From Candidatus Colwellbacteria bacterium (lineage in GTDB: Bacteria > Patescibacteriota > Minisyncoccia > UBA6257 > Colwellbacteraceae), in contig JACOWZ010000003.1 of NCBI GenBank assembly GCA_016176525.1, positions 459,357 to 523,356 of the forward strand: a stretch of DNA of 64,000 nucleotides, written 5' to 3'. Below the pieces are notes generated by a model that was not told where the DNA came from, ran no database searches, and saw only the letters and a program-made list of their open reading frames with translations. This document shows positions 26,965-35,034 of this stretch, piece after piece. Each line of letters opens with the position of its first letter. Position 1 is the first letter of the stretch. Made by a program: the position numbers and the translations under genes.

Positions 26965-27396
26965 CTAGTCTTTAGCTTCCAGCACCCAGTCTCTCATAAA
27001 AACCATAAAGTCTTCTTTTCTTAGTTCAATGCTTGTTTCACGCAAGTGTTTAATAGGGTGTTTTTCGGGCCTTGGTTCGTAGTGGCCTGTAATACGCCTG
27101 TTTCTGTAAAACCTTATGTGGTATTGGAATCTCTCCATATGGATTTTGCGCAAGCTAAAAAGCTCTTCTACGTCTTTATAGGCTATAAAATGCCGCTTAA
27201 AGCCGTGGTTGCGCATATGTTTAATAAACTCTTTTGGAGTTTTATCTTGTTTGAGCCAGCCTAGATGTTTTTTGTCTTTATCTTTTTCGCGCCACGGTAT
27301 TCTCCAACGGCCCATACACATCCTAAATATTGGCCAGACGGGTGCTGCAATAAGCCAAAAAGACTTGCCAATCCCCTTTTTAATTACGCGGACCAT
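26965..27396 (-). CDS. basic hypothetical protein (143 aa), His/Arg-rich
   Basis: ORF only; no motif I can name. Confidence 0.35.
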   Translation of the reverse strand: MVRVIKKGIGKSFWLIAAPVWPIFRMCMGRWRIPWREKDKDKKHLGWLKQDKTPKEFIKHMRNHGFKRHFIAYKDVEELFSLRKIHMERFQYHIRFYRNRRITGHYEPRPEKHPIKHLRETSIELRKEDFMVFMRDWVLEAKD

Positions 27397-27498
27397 ATGT
27401 TTTTATTTGATTTTTAATTATAAATCACAAGTTTATTTTAGGCAACGTTTTTATAAAGAATATAAAAAAATAGCTCCGAATTGGAATTCGGAGCTGTA

Positions 27499-27574
27499 AC
27501 GCGAGCGGAAGGATTTGAACCTTCGGGTTCCAGTCTCCGGTAGACTGGCGTCTTGCCAAGCTAGACTACGCCCG
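27499..27574 (-). tRNA. tRNA with non-canonical anticodon arm (CCG-containing loop; would read CGG/Arg if a CCG anticodon is used)
   Basis: manual cloverleaf: acceptor GCGGGCG/CGCUCGC, D-stem GUCU/AGAC, T-arm GAAGG-UUCAAAU-CCUUC; the anticodon arm CCAGU-CUACCGGAG-ACUGG is 19 nt, either a 9-nt loop or a 7-bp stem with a 5-nt loop; CCA not encoded. Confidence 0.7.
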
Positions 27575-28112
27575 CAAAGAGCTCCAGGCACGCTTAGGAG
27601 GGAGGGATATTTCGGGGTAAGTGTGCCCTGGAGCTGGGTTATGTTTTAATGTGCACCCCTTCGTGCGGTTCAAGCCGGTTTGGCTCGTTTGATGGTTGTC
27701 ACTTGATTGTCTGCTGTTTGGGTTGTTAACCAAGGGGGTTTCCAGAGAAACTCCCATTTTGTTTGAGACAATACCTGGACAATCGCATGCACGCACGAAG
27801 GGGGTTGTTCCACTTAAGGAACTTCGTCCTATCGACACCGGCTTGTCGCCGAGTGTATTTTACGTCGCTCGGACGAATGAGCGAACAACTCTAGCTTTGT
27901 TGGCATCCGCCAACACCTTTTCCCGAGTCAATACTCGGTACTTTTGCGTATTCCAGAGAAGACCATGCTAGGCGGCTTGTCTTCTCTCCGATCTCGTAGT
28001 ACGTAGTCCATCTGGTTTGGTGCTTTTACCGTTTCTCGATGGAGTAGAAACAGTAGCGAGCCCTTTACGGCTCACATTCAATTTATATCATAAAGCCCAA
28101 TTTATGGCAAAT
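27575..28112 (-). ncRNA. candidate structured non-coding region (about 540 nt) directly 5' of the tRNA on the same strand; class unknown
   Basis: no plausible ORF; elevated GC; 12-bp stem AGCTCCAGGCAC/GTGCCCTGGAGCT and many further hairpins; strand uncertain. Confidence 0.35.
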
Positions 28113-28538
28113 TTACTCTATAATTAGGTTTAACCCTGTTTTTTTGTCGTGCGCGCGGCGAATTTCGCCGGAAAAAGCCCTAATGTGCATCTCCCCCGCC
28201 CCGGAGATTATCAGTTCCATAACGTGCCCCCCGATTGTGCTAAAGTTTTGTTTGCCGAATGTTCCGTGCAGGTGAATAATCGTATTTTTATCTTCTCCAA
28301 TCGCAATATTGCCTACAAGCGAAAGAATTTCTAAATCTTCAGTAAAGACTTCCTTCTTATATTTCATTTCTTTTAAATTATAAAAGCCGAGTGTAAGTTT
28401 GCTTGTTGCACCTAGCCCGGTAATATGCCCGGCTTTAATATTTTTCTCTTTTGCGAATTTAGATATACCGGAGATTATCTCTTCTCCTGGAGAAAAGTTT
28501 AAAGTATAAAAATTTCCATCTTGATGTGCTATTTTCAT
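28113..28538 (-). CDS. PPC (DUF296) domain protein
   Basis: collinear with the plant/prokaryote PPC domain (ISGISKFAKEK..GHITGLGATSKLTL ... EILSLVGNIA ... HLHGTFG..GGHVMELIISGAGE). Confidence 0.55.
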   Translation of the reverse strand: MKIAHQDGNFYTLNFSPGEEIISGISKFAKEKNIKAGHITGLGATSKLTLGFYNLKEMKYKKEVFTEDLEILSLVGNIAIGEDKNTIIHLHGTFGKQNFSTIGGHVMELIISGAGEMHIRAFSGEIRRAHDKKTGLNLIIE

Positions 28539-28561
28539 CCAGTTTATTATATAATAAATGT

Positions 28562-28951
28562 ATGAAAAAGATATTACTTTTAGCGATTTTGGTGGTTGTG
28601 GGAGTGGTCGTTTGGCAGTTTGTTGCTAGAGAAGATTCGTATCAAAAAACACCGACTTCTGCTGATAATGCCCCACCGGGGAGTATTCACAATTTGCCTG
28701 TGCCGGATGCAGTGGCGGCCGTACGCAGGCTTGCGGCAGAAACTTACAATGTCCCGGAAGGCGAAGTAATTGTAATCACTGCATACGAAAGAGAGTGGCC
28801 AAATTCATGCTTGGGGCTTGAAGCAGGGGGCGAGTTTTGTGCCCAAGTTATTACCCCGGGCTACGAAGTTACAGTAAAAGCCGGCAGTCAAAACTATACT
28901 TACCGCACAAACTCAAACGGCACCGCTATTCGCCTTGCAGAATCTCAATAA
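28562..28951 (+). CDS. secreted hypothetical protein (ATG at 28562)
   Basis: signal peptide MKKILLLAILVVVGVVVW; two Cys; no family assignment. Confidence 0.4.
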   Translation: MKKILLLAILVVVGVVVWQFVAREDSYQKTPTSADNAPPGSIHNLPVPDAVAAVRRLAAETYNVPEGEVIVITAYEREWPNSCLGLEAGGEFCAQVITPGYEVTVKAGSQNYTYRTNSNGTAIRLAESQ

Positions 28952-29153
28952 TCTTCTGTTTTGATGTGTGGCCAGAGATGATTCTGACCGAATATTTTGG
29001 AACACTAAAATACTCCGCGAGTGCATCTACAACTGCCCTGTTCGCCCTCCCCTCTTTCGGTGGCTCTTTTACAGACACCACAAAAACACCCTCGCCGATT
29101 TTCTCAATTTTCTCCTCCCTTGCCGAGGGTTTTACTTTAACAGAAATTTTCAT
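28926..29153 (-). CDS. DUF167 (YggU-family) protein
   Basis: MKISVKVKPSAREEKI...GRANRAVVDALAEYF.VPKYSVRIISGHTSKQKII matches the YggU pattern. Confidence 0.65.
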   Translation of the reverse strand: MKISVKVKPSAREEKIEKIGEGVFVVSVKEPPKEGRANRAVVDALAEYFSVPKYSVRIISGHTSKQKIIEILQGE

Positions 29154-29175
29154 GGCTCCCAGTGTTCTCCGTAAT

Positions 29176-29943
29176 TTATAAATTATTTTTCTTAATAAAA
29201 TCTATAATAACTCCGTTAACAGCATCAATTTCACTAAAATTATGTCGGAAATCATGCCCAATATTTTTTATTACAATGTACTCTTTAGGTTCGTTTGCGT
29301 TATTATAAACTTTCTTTACGTCCTCGGGAGGGCAAATTTTATCTAATTCTCCAGCCAGGAAAAGAACTGGAACCTTAACTCTTTTGACATCTTCGTCCAC
29401 GCGATATTTATAATTATCCAAAATATGCGAATATGGAACTTTGAAAGTTTTAGTTCCAGAATCGCCTGGAATATCGCGATTATGAATCGTAAAACCACTT
29501 TTTTCTGCCTCTTTTAGTTTTTCGTCCATAACAGATTGCAACGACGGCATAATTGATATTACAGCAGATATTTTGGTGTCTCTGGCGGCATACATAACTG
29601 CAAGTCTTGCGCCCCTGCTGTGGCCGCCGATAATAATTTTCTTATAACTCCCGCGATTTAACATAAACTCCACAACTGCCTTGATGTCTGCCAAATATTG
29701 GGTAGTTGTATACTCCGAAATATTACCCTCACTCTCCCATGTGCCGGTAGGGTCAAATCTAACAGTTGTATAACCTTGTTTTACTAATTCTCCGGCAAGT
29801 TTTACTAAATGAGTATAGTCTTTGGTGTCTAAATAACCCGGTAAAAGAATAGCGAGTTTTTCTGACTTTACTTTTTCATCACGCTCTACAACTGCCGCTA
29901 GCCTATTCTTACCAGAAGGAATTTTAACTTTTTCTTGAATCAT
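29176..29943 (-). CDS. alpha/beta hydrolase
   Basis: nucleophile elbow GGHSRG plus downstream Asp/His candidates (GELDKICP, GHDF). Confidence 0.65.
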   Translation of the reverse strand: MIQEKVKIPSGKNRLAAVVERDEKVKSEKLAILLPGYLDTKDYTHLVKLAGELVKQGYTTVRFDPTGTWESEGNISEYTTTQYLADIKAVVEFMLNRGSYKKIIIGGHSRGARLAVMYAARDTKISAVISIMPSLQSVMDEKLKEAEKSGFTIHNRDIPGDSGTKTFKVPYSHILDNYKYRVDEDVKRVKVPVLFLAGELDKICPPEDVKKVYNNANEPKEYIVIKNIGHDFRHNFSEIDAVNGVIIDFIKKNNL

Positions 29944-29995
29944 AAGTACCCACTATTCTACCACCCTTTCTGGGGTTTATTTTAATAGACTATTA

Positions 29996-30838
29996 CTAAT
30001 AGTGAATTTCATAACTAATAGGTTTTATACATCCTCCTTTTATAGTACCTAAGCCAAAATTAACTGTATAAGCACTATCTGTGGGGTTTGGATAAGGGAA
30101 CTGAAAATCATAAGAGAACTGGTCTTCTTGAGTTTTCCCATTTATAGACGATATGTAATTAATGTTAAATATAACATTTGCAGAATTACCTCGGCCTAAG
30201 TGAGGTATAATTTGTAATTCTATAGGAATGCTTTGTTTTATCGGGGCAGAAATAGTGCGGCCAGGCACGTCTCTTTCCAGTAGATTCGACTGATCCTCCG
30301 GCGCTGTTAAATTGCTTCGCTCAAAACCAACAACTTGAGCATCTTTCTCTGCTATATAGAATCTAAATATTTCAGGATTTTTTCCTAATGAGAATATAAA
30401 TGTCGGCAAAATATCCACCTTGCTTACATTTTTTGCCTCAAATTTGACATTTATAGATTTAAAATTTGTTGGGATTACGTCTTTATACCACATGTCTGGA
30501 GATGAAAAATTAGAACCTTGTCTAACACAATAAAAGCCTTGGTTATCTGGTCCGGCATAACTGCGAGTATCCCATTTTCTCTTTGATTCTACAAACTCCT
30601 CTTGAATTATGTTAATACCACTAGCGGTTTGAAGAAATTGCTCTTTCTTTTCGGGACTTAAAGATGCACCTCCTTGGCTACTAATATCAATATCTATCTC
30701 AGGATTATTGTTATTAAGAACAAAGATGTAATAGCATAAAACGAAACCAAACACGAAAGCAGTGATTATTGCTCCTAATGAAATTTTTCTCTCTTGGAGC
30801 CATTTAACACCATCTTTAATGAGCTGAATCATTAACAT
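29996..30838 (-). CDS. membrane-anchored hypothetical protein (280 aa)
   Basis: single N-terminal TM helix, then a large domain with no motif I recognise. Confidence 0.35.
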   Translation of the reverse strand: MLMIQLIKDGVKWLQERKISLGAIITAFVFGFVLCYYIFVLNNNNPEIDIDISSQGGASLSPEKKEQFLQTASGINIIQEEFVESKRKWDTRSYAGPDNQGFYCVRQGSNFSSPDMWYKDVIPTNFKSINVKFEAKNVSKVDILPTFIFSLGKNPEIFRFYIAEKDAQVVGFERSNLTAPEDQSNLLERDVPGRTISAPIKQSIPIELQIIPHLGRGNSANVIFNINYISSINGKTQEDQFSYDFQFPYPNPTDSAYTVNFGLGTIKGGCIKPISYEIHY

Positions 30839-30943
30839 TTTACTTCGTTAATCTTTTTATATAATTAAAGTGTTTTCAAAAGTTATGGAGAGTGGTGCGA
30901 CTTTTACTGCCTTAATGACCACCACCCTACATTTATAATTCTC

Positions 30944-30969
30944 TAATAACTCCGCATAAGCGGAGTTAT
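30944..30969 (-). terminator. perfect palindromic hairpin downstream of the HTH gene
   Basis: AATAACTCCGC-ataa-GCGGAGTTATT directly after the stop of the 30973..31347 gene. Confidence 0.4.
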
Positions 30970-30972
30970 TGT

Positions 30973-31347
30973 CTACAGATTTATTTTATCTAAGCGTCCA
31001 ATATGTTTTTCAAGAAGCCCCGCTTTTTCTTCATCTGTCATTCCAGTTAACTTTCTAGATGGTATTTCTAATGTCTTCATCCATCTTGCAATTGTGCTGT
31101 AACCGACTCCGAAGTATTTAGCTACTTTATCTACAGAACCATACTTATTGTATAATTCCATCAAGCTACTTCTATCTGGCATTGGCATTTTCTTGTATGA
31201 CCTTCTTTTCGGTAGCTCAACTCCCCAATTTCTCAGAAGAATCTTTAATTGGTACTCTGAAATGTATAGCCTCTTTGCTATATCTTTAAGCGGTATGCCC
31301 TTATCCTTTAAAGCTCTTATTATCTTATTCTTTTGGTCTTCATTCAT
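30973..31347 (-). CDS. DNA-binding protein with two helix-turn-helix motifs (resolvase/sigma-70 region 4-like)
   Basis: IPLKDIAKRLYISEYQLKILL and GSVDKVAKYFGVGYSTIARWMK HTH-like segments. Confidence 0.4.
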   Translation of the reverse strand: MNEDQKNKIIRALKDKGIPLKDIAKRLYISEYQLKILLRNWGVELPKRRSYKKMPMPDRSSLMELYNKYGSVDKVAKYFGVGYSTIARWMKTLEIPSRKLTGMTDEEKAGLLEKHIGRLDKINL

Positions 31348-31655
31348 TTTGATAAATATTAACCTATACGACCTTTAACATCTCTATTGTACTAAACCAA
31401 CCTAAAATGTCAAATTATGAGAAATCGGTGTTAGTTTCTTGTTATCTTCTATATTATATGCCACAACCGTTATTCTTTACAAAGCTGGTAATCTCTCTTA
31501 AACTCTTATCTCATGTGTTTTCGTAGACGGTTTTTAATCTTTATCCAAAGCGACCTTACATTTGTCGTAAGCGGAACGTCTATGTGAACAGCGGTTTTAT
31601 TTCCTAAATCTTTAGTCATACTTAGATTCTCTTCTTATTTTGGTGATTTTCTAAA

Positions 31656-31673
31656 TTCTGCTATGTAGCAGAA
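31656..31673 (+). promoter_or_regulatory. perfect 8+8 inverted repeat (candidate operator) upstream of the pyrD-like gene
   Basis: TTCTGCTA-TG-TAGCAGAA, immediately followed by TTGACA at 31677-31682. Confidence 0.35.
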
Positions 31674-31737
31674 TTGTTGACACGACCCTTGTATATAAAT
31701 ACCCTAAATGCAGATCGTTTACAGGTAGAAGATATGT

Positions 31738-32685
31738 ATGCTTCTAAAAGGAATTGATTTTGGGCCAATCTGCGGCGCATCTGGTGTTCAAGGCTTTTTC
31801 GGCGAGGGGTATTGGTACCATCGCGTGTTAAAACCCGTGGGTCTAGATTTCCGCGGAATGACGTTTGTCGCTAAAACGACTACGCTTAATCCCCGTAAAG
31901 GCAATATGCCGCTTCGCAGAAATTTTACTCCGTGCGAAATCTTGCCGGAGTCAATTGTTGTGCGCCCGCTAAAAGGCATAGCCTTGAATGCAGTTGGGCT
32001 AAGTGGTCCCGGAGCAAAAGCGCTTTTTGAACAACAACTTTGGCAAAGACGCAAAGAGCCGTTCTTTATTTCTTTTATGTCGGTTGCGGAGAACCCGACT
32101 TTAAGAATTGAAGAGCTTGCGGCATTTGTTGAGCTTTTCCATAAGTATTTGCCGCATTTTAAGGCGCCGGTTGGGCTACAGATTAATTATTCTTGCCCGA
32201 ATGTGGGTCTCCATATGGAAGAGCTGGTCCACGAAGTTAAGAGTGGACTAGACATAGCTTTTTCTTTAAAGATCCCCGTCGTGCCGAAGTTTAATCTGAT
32301 GCTTCCCGCCGAAACTGCGGCAGATATTGCAGAGCACCGCGCTTGTGATGCATTGTGTATTTCAAACACAATTCCATGGGGACAATTCCCCGACAGGATT
32401 GATTGGAATACGCTTTTCCCGGGCGGCAAATCCCCTCTCGAGCGCTTTGGCGGAGGCGGCCTTTCTGGCAAGCCGCTGCTTCCGCTTCTTCTTGAGTGGC
32501 TTATTGCCGCGCGTGAATCTGGCTTAAAAAAGCAGATTAACGCCGGGGGTGGCATCTTGTCTCTACGTGATGCGGAGCGTGTTTTTCAGGCAGGGGCAGA
32601 TTCCGTCTTCTTGGGCTCTATTGCTTTTCTGCGCCCTTGGAGGATACGTAAGATTATCTCTGGGATTAATTCACAGAGAGCTTAA
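31738..32685 (+). CDS. dihydroorotate dehydrogenase-family (PyrD-like) flavin oxidoreductase
   Basis: GLSGPG, INYSCPNVG, GGGGLSGKPL and NAGGGILS..DA...GAD.V.LGS blocks in PyrD order; GC visibly above the flanks. Confidence 0.6.
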   Translation: MLLKGIDFGPICGASGVQGFFGEGYWYHRVLKPVGLDFRGMTFVAKTTTLNPRKGNMPLRRNFTPCEILPESIVVRPLKGIALNAVGLSGPGAKALFEQQLWQRRKEPFFISFMSVAENPTLRIEELAAFVELFHKYLPHFKAPVGLQINYSCPNVGLHMEELVHEVKSGLDIAFSLKIPVVPKFNLMLPAETAADIAEHRACDALCISNTIPWGQFPDRIDWNTLFPGGKSPLERFGGGGLSGKPLLPLLLEWLIAARESGLKKQINAGGGILSLRDAERVFQAGADSVFLGSIAFLRPWRIRKIISGINSQRA

Positions 32686-32686
32686 A

Positions 32687-32713
32687 ACGGCATATCTATG
32701 CCGTTTTTTATAT
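32687..32713 (+). terminator. rho-independent terminator of the pyrD-like gene
   Basis: AAACGGCATA-tct-ATGCCGTTT followed by TTTTATAT. Confidence 0.7.
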
Positions 32714-32718
32714 AAAAA

Positions 32719-32752
32719 AAAGCCACTAAGGGTAACCTTAGTGGCGGGTTTG
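32719..32752 (-). terminator. rho-independent terminator for the convergent small-gene trio
   Basis: GCCACTAAGG-ttac-CCTTAGTGGC followed on the - strand by an 8-U run. Confidence 0.7.
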
Positions 32753-32755
32753 TGC

Positions 32756-33043
32756 TTATGCTTTGGGTTCGGATCTTGTGAGTCCGATGAGCGGGTTGCC
32801 GCTAATGTAGCGTTGGGTCTTAAGATCGCTACTCCATGCGAACTCAATGTTAAAGCTCACTGAGTGCGAGCGGATGAGATCGCCGATTGCTTCATTGCTT
32901 GTTTTCCCGGCAGCCCATTTTCCCGGCTCTCCTTCGATGCATGCGTGTATGTCGTGAGCTCTTTTTGTAAGAACTATTTTTACCATTTCACCACCTCCAC
33001 AGTGATGTATGCTCGTTATACTGTAATATACAAAATATGTCAA
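32756..33043 (-). CDS. HicB-like (UPF0150) small protein; likely true start at MVKIVL (32986)
   Basis: KIVLTKRAHDIHACIEGEPGKWAAGKTSNEAIGDL resembles the HicB/UPF0150 core. Confidence 0.4.
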   Translation of the reverse strand: MTYFVYYSITSIHHCGGGEMVKIVLTKRAHDIHACIEGEPGKWAAGKTSNEAIGDLIRSHSVSFNIEFAWSSDLKTQRYISGNPLIGLTRSEPKA

Positions 33044-33059
33044 TATATAAAAAAGCCCG

Positions 33060-33278
33060 TTAGGGCTTGTGTGGGTTGAAAAGGACTGTTACGTGCGGAA
33101 TTGGCGGAAAAGACGTTGATCCGTCATCTTCAATTGTTTTGGTTATATGTGCGCTTATAACCCTGATGCCGGTATCGTCATCTGGGCAAATTGTTGCTAT
33201 TACCTTGCTGTCCAGAATTACCTCTACAAGGTTAACGGGGCGGATGCTGTGTTTTACTATCCGAAACTCAACTGGCAT
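33060..33278 (-). CDS. small hypothetical protein (likely start MPVEFRIV)
   Basis: ORF in an operon with the flanking small genes; no family. Confidence 0.3.
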   Translation of the reverse strand: MPVEFRIVKHSIRPVNLVEVILDSKVIATICPDDDTGIRVISAHITKTIEDDGSTSFPPIPHVTVLFNPHKP

Positions 33279-33292
33279 GCTTACCTCCTTGC

Positions 33293-33577
33293 TTAAGGGC
33301 ACTTGTGGTTGGGGTTGTTGGTCGGTGTACCGCATTTACCACATGTCCATGGCCTTGGGCCTTGTTCGGAATATTGCCCCTTATCCAAAAGCTTTGCCCT
33401 ACTTAGGCGATCTAAGATGATCTCCGGATGCTCGGCTTCCATGTGTTGTTTTTGAGCTTGTAGATCTTTTTCTGGCAGCTCTTTTGGGCAGCCCGGGCAC
33501 TTTATCATCTTTACAACTTCTACTTCTTTTTCCATTTTAACCCTCCATTTGGAGATGTACTGGCCGCAGATTACCAC
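33293..33577 (-). CDS. zinc-ribbon protein
   Basis: CPGC ... CGKCG two CxxC pairs. Confidence 0.45.
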   Translation of the reverse strand: MVICGQYISKWRVKMEKEVEVVKMIKCPGCPKELPEKDLQAQKQHMEAEHPEIILDRLSRAKLLDKGQYSEQGPRPWTCGKCGTPTNNPNHKCP

Positions 33578-33654
33578 CTATTGTGGTTTTTGTAAACTTT
33601 TCACTATGCTAGTATCTGAATTGAATTGAAAAGGTAAGAGGAATACAATTATAA

Positions 33655-34344
33655 ATGATGCCTAAATTTCCCAAGAATGGCTCACTTGCTGATTTTCAGA
33701 GATTTATACACAAAGTTTATGCGATGCCGGACGCCCGGCTATATTCCTTAGAGGATCTTTTAACACATCAGCAACGCTTTGCAATGCGTGCCATTAAGGG
33801 TATCCGTAAAGGCAAGAAAATAAAAATAGAGTTTAATTTAATCATTGCTCTTGCTTGGCTTATGGCAATAGCTAATAGATTATACGTTGATCTTGAGACT
33901 CGAGTTTGGGAACGCTTTCCGAATCTTTGCTCCTATTGCGGTGAGCGGACTTGCGTATGTAAAGTAATGAAAGTTAAAAAGAGAATTAAGATTAAACCCA
34001 GACGATCGCAAAAACCGAAAAGCGTTGCAGAATTCCAGGCGATGTTTGAAAATATTTATCCGTCTAACACAAGAACACTGGATCACGCAGGCATCCATAT
34101 GGCCGAAGAGGTGGGTGAAATAAGCGAAGCGGTTCACAACTTTATGGGAGAGCATAAAGGAGCGCAGTTTAGCGACATTGAGTTTGAGATGGCTGATCTT
34201 GTGTCGTGCATTATGGGTGTTGCCAACTCCGCTCACATTGATATTGCTTCTACGCTTTCAAAAATGTTTTCAAATGGCTGCCACGTTTGCCATAAAGCGC
34301 CTTGCACCTGTAGATTCTCCGAGGTGGCAAATATAAAGACTTAA
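33655..34344 (+). CDS. tandem MazG-like all-alpha NTP-pyrophosphatase domains, each followed by a CxxC-x4-CxC cluster
   Basis: second module HMAEEVGEISEA...EFEMADLV matches the MazG EExxE...ExxD pattern; the first module is degenerate; CSYCGERTCVC and CHVCHKAPCTC clusters. Confidence 0.5.
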   Translation: MMPKFPKNGSLADFQRFIHKVYAMPDARLYSLEDLLTHQQRFAMRAIKGIRKGKKIKIEFNLIIALAWLMAIANRLYVDLETRVWERFPNLCSYCGERTCVCKVMKVKKRIKIKPRRSQKPKSVAEFQAMFENIYPSNTRTLDHAGIHMAEEVGEISEAVHNFMGEHKGAQFSDIEFEMADLVSCIMGVANSAHIDIASTLSKMFSNGCHVCHKAPCTCRFSEVANIKT

Positions 34345-34393
34345 ACTGAGAAGTAGAATAATCGGCAAAAATCTATTATAATATGCCCCAAAT

Positions 34394-34466
34394 TGCCAGA
34401 TCGTCTAGGGGTAGGACGTCGCTCTCTGGAAGCGAAAACCGGGGTTCGAATCCCTGTCTGGCAACA
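34394..34466 (+). tRNA. tRNA-Gln (CUG)
   Basis: manual fold: acceptor UGCCAGA/UCUGGCA, D-stem GUCU/GGAC, anticodon arm UCGCU-CUCUGGA-AGCGA with anticodon CUG, T-arm CGGGG-UUCGAAU-CCCUG. Confidence 0.75.
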
Positions 34467-34470
34467 AATT

Positions 34471-34995
34471 ATGCCGAACATAAAAATACCAAAATCAAAT
34501 CGTAAACGGGCGCTAATACTTGTTGATATACAAAAAAGTTTTGTAAAAAACCAAAAAAGTAAATTAATTAAGAATCTAGACAAACTTTTAAAACAAGAAA
34601 AGTACGATCTCTTTATCGAAGCAACATTTCATGCGGAAAAGGGTTCCTTATGGGATAGACAAACCCATTGGACCTTTCCCTATGAACCAATGATATCCGA
34701 AATCACAAAGAAACTTTTGAAAGGCAAAAAAATAGTAAAAGTAATTAAAGAAACTCGATCCGCATTCAAAGGAAATAAAAATATTCTTGCTTTACTGAGA
34801 AAGAAGAAGATAGAAGAGATTCATGTCGCTGGTTTTGATATAAATGATTGTGTATTTGCCACCGCCCAAGAATCATTCGATTACGGATTTTATACTTATG
34901 TAATTGAAGAATGTGTTGGATCTAGTGCTGGGGTCGCTTTGCACAAAGCTGCTATAAAAATCCTTCGATATCTTGGACTTACTAATCATTCTTGA
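34471..34995 (+). CDS. isochorismatase-family cysteine hydrolase (start moved to the ATG after the tRNA)
   Basis: ALILVDIQKSF N-terminal motif and catalytic Cys context VAGFDINDCVFATAQES. Confidence 0.7.
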   Translation: MPNIKIPKSNRKRALILVDIQKSFVKNQKSKLIKNLDKLLKQEKYDLFIEATFHAEKGSLWDRQTHWTFPYEPMISEITKKLLKGKKIVKVIKETRSAFKGNKNILALLRKKKIEEIHVAGFDINDCVFATAQESFDYGFYTYVIEECVGSSAGVALHKAAIKILRYLGLTNHS

Positions 34996-35034
34996 TCAAA
35001 ATAGCTTCAACGTTATCTAGCTAAAAATAAAGAA

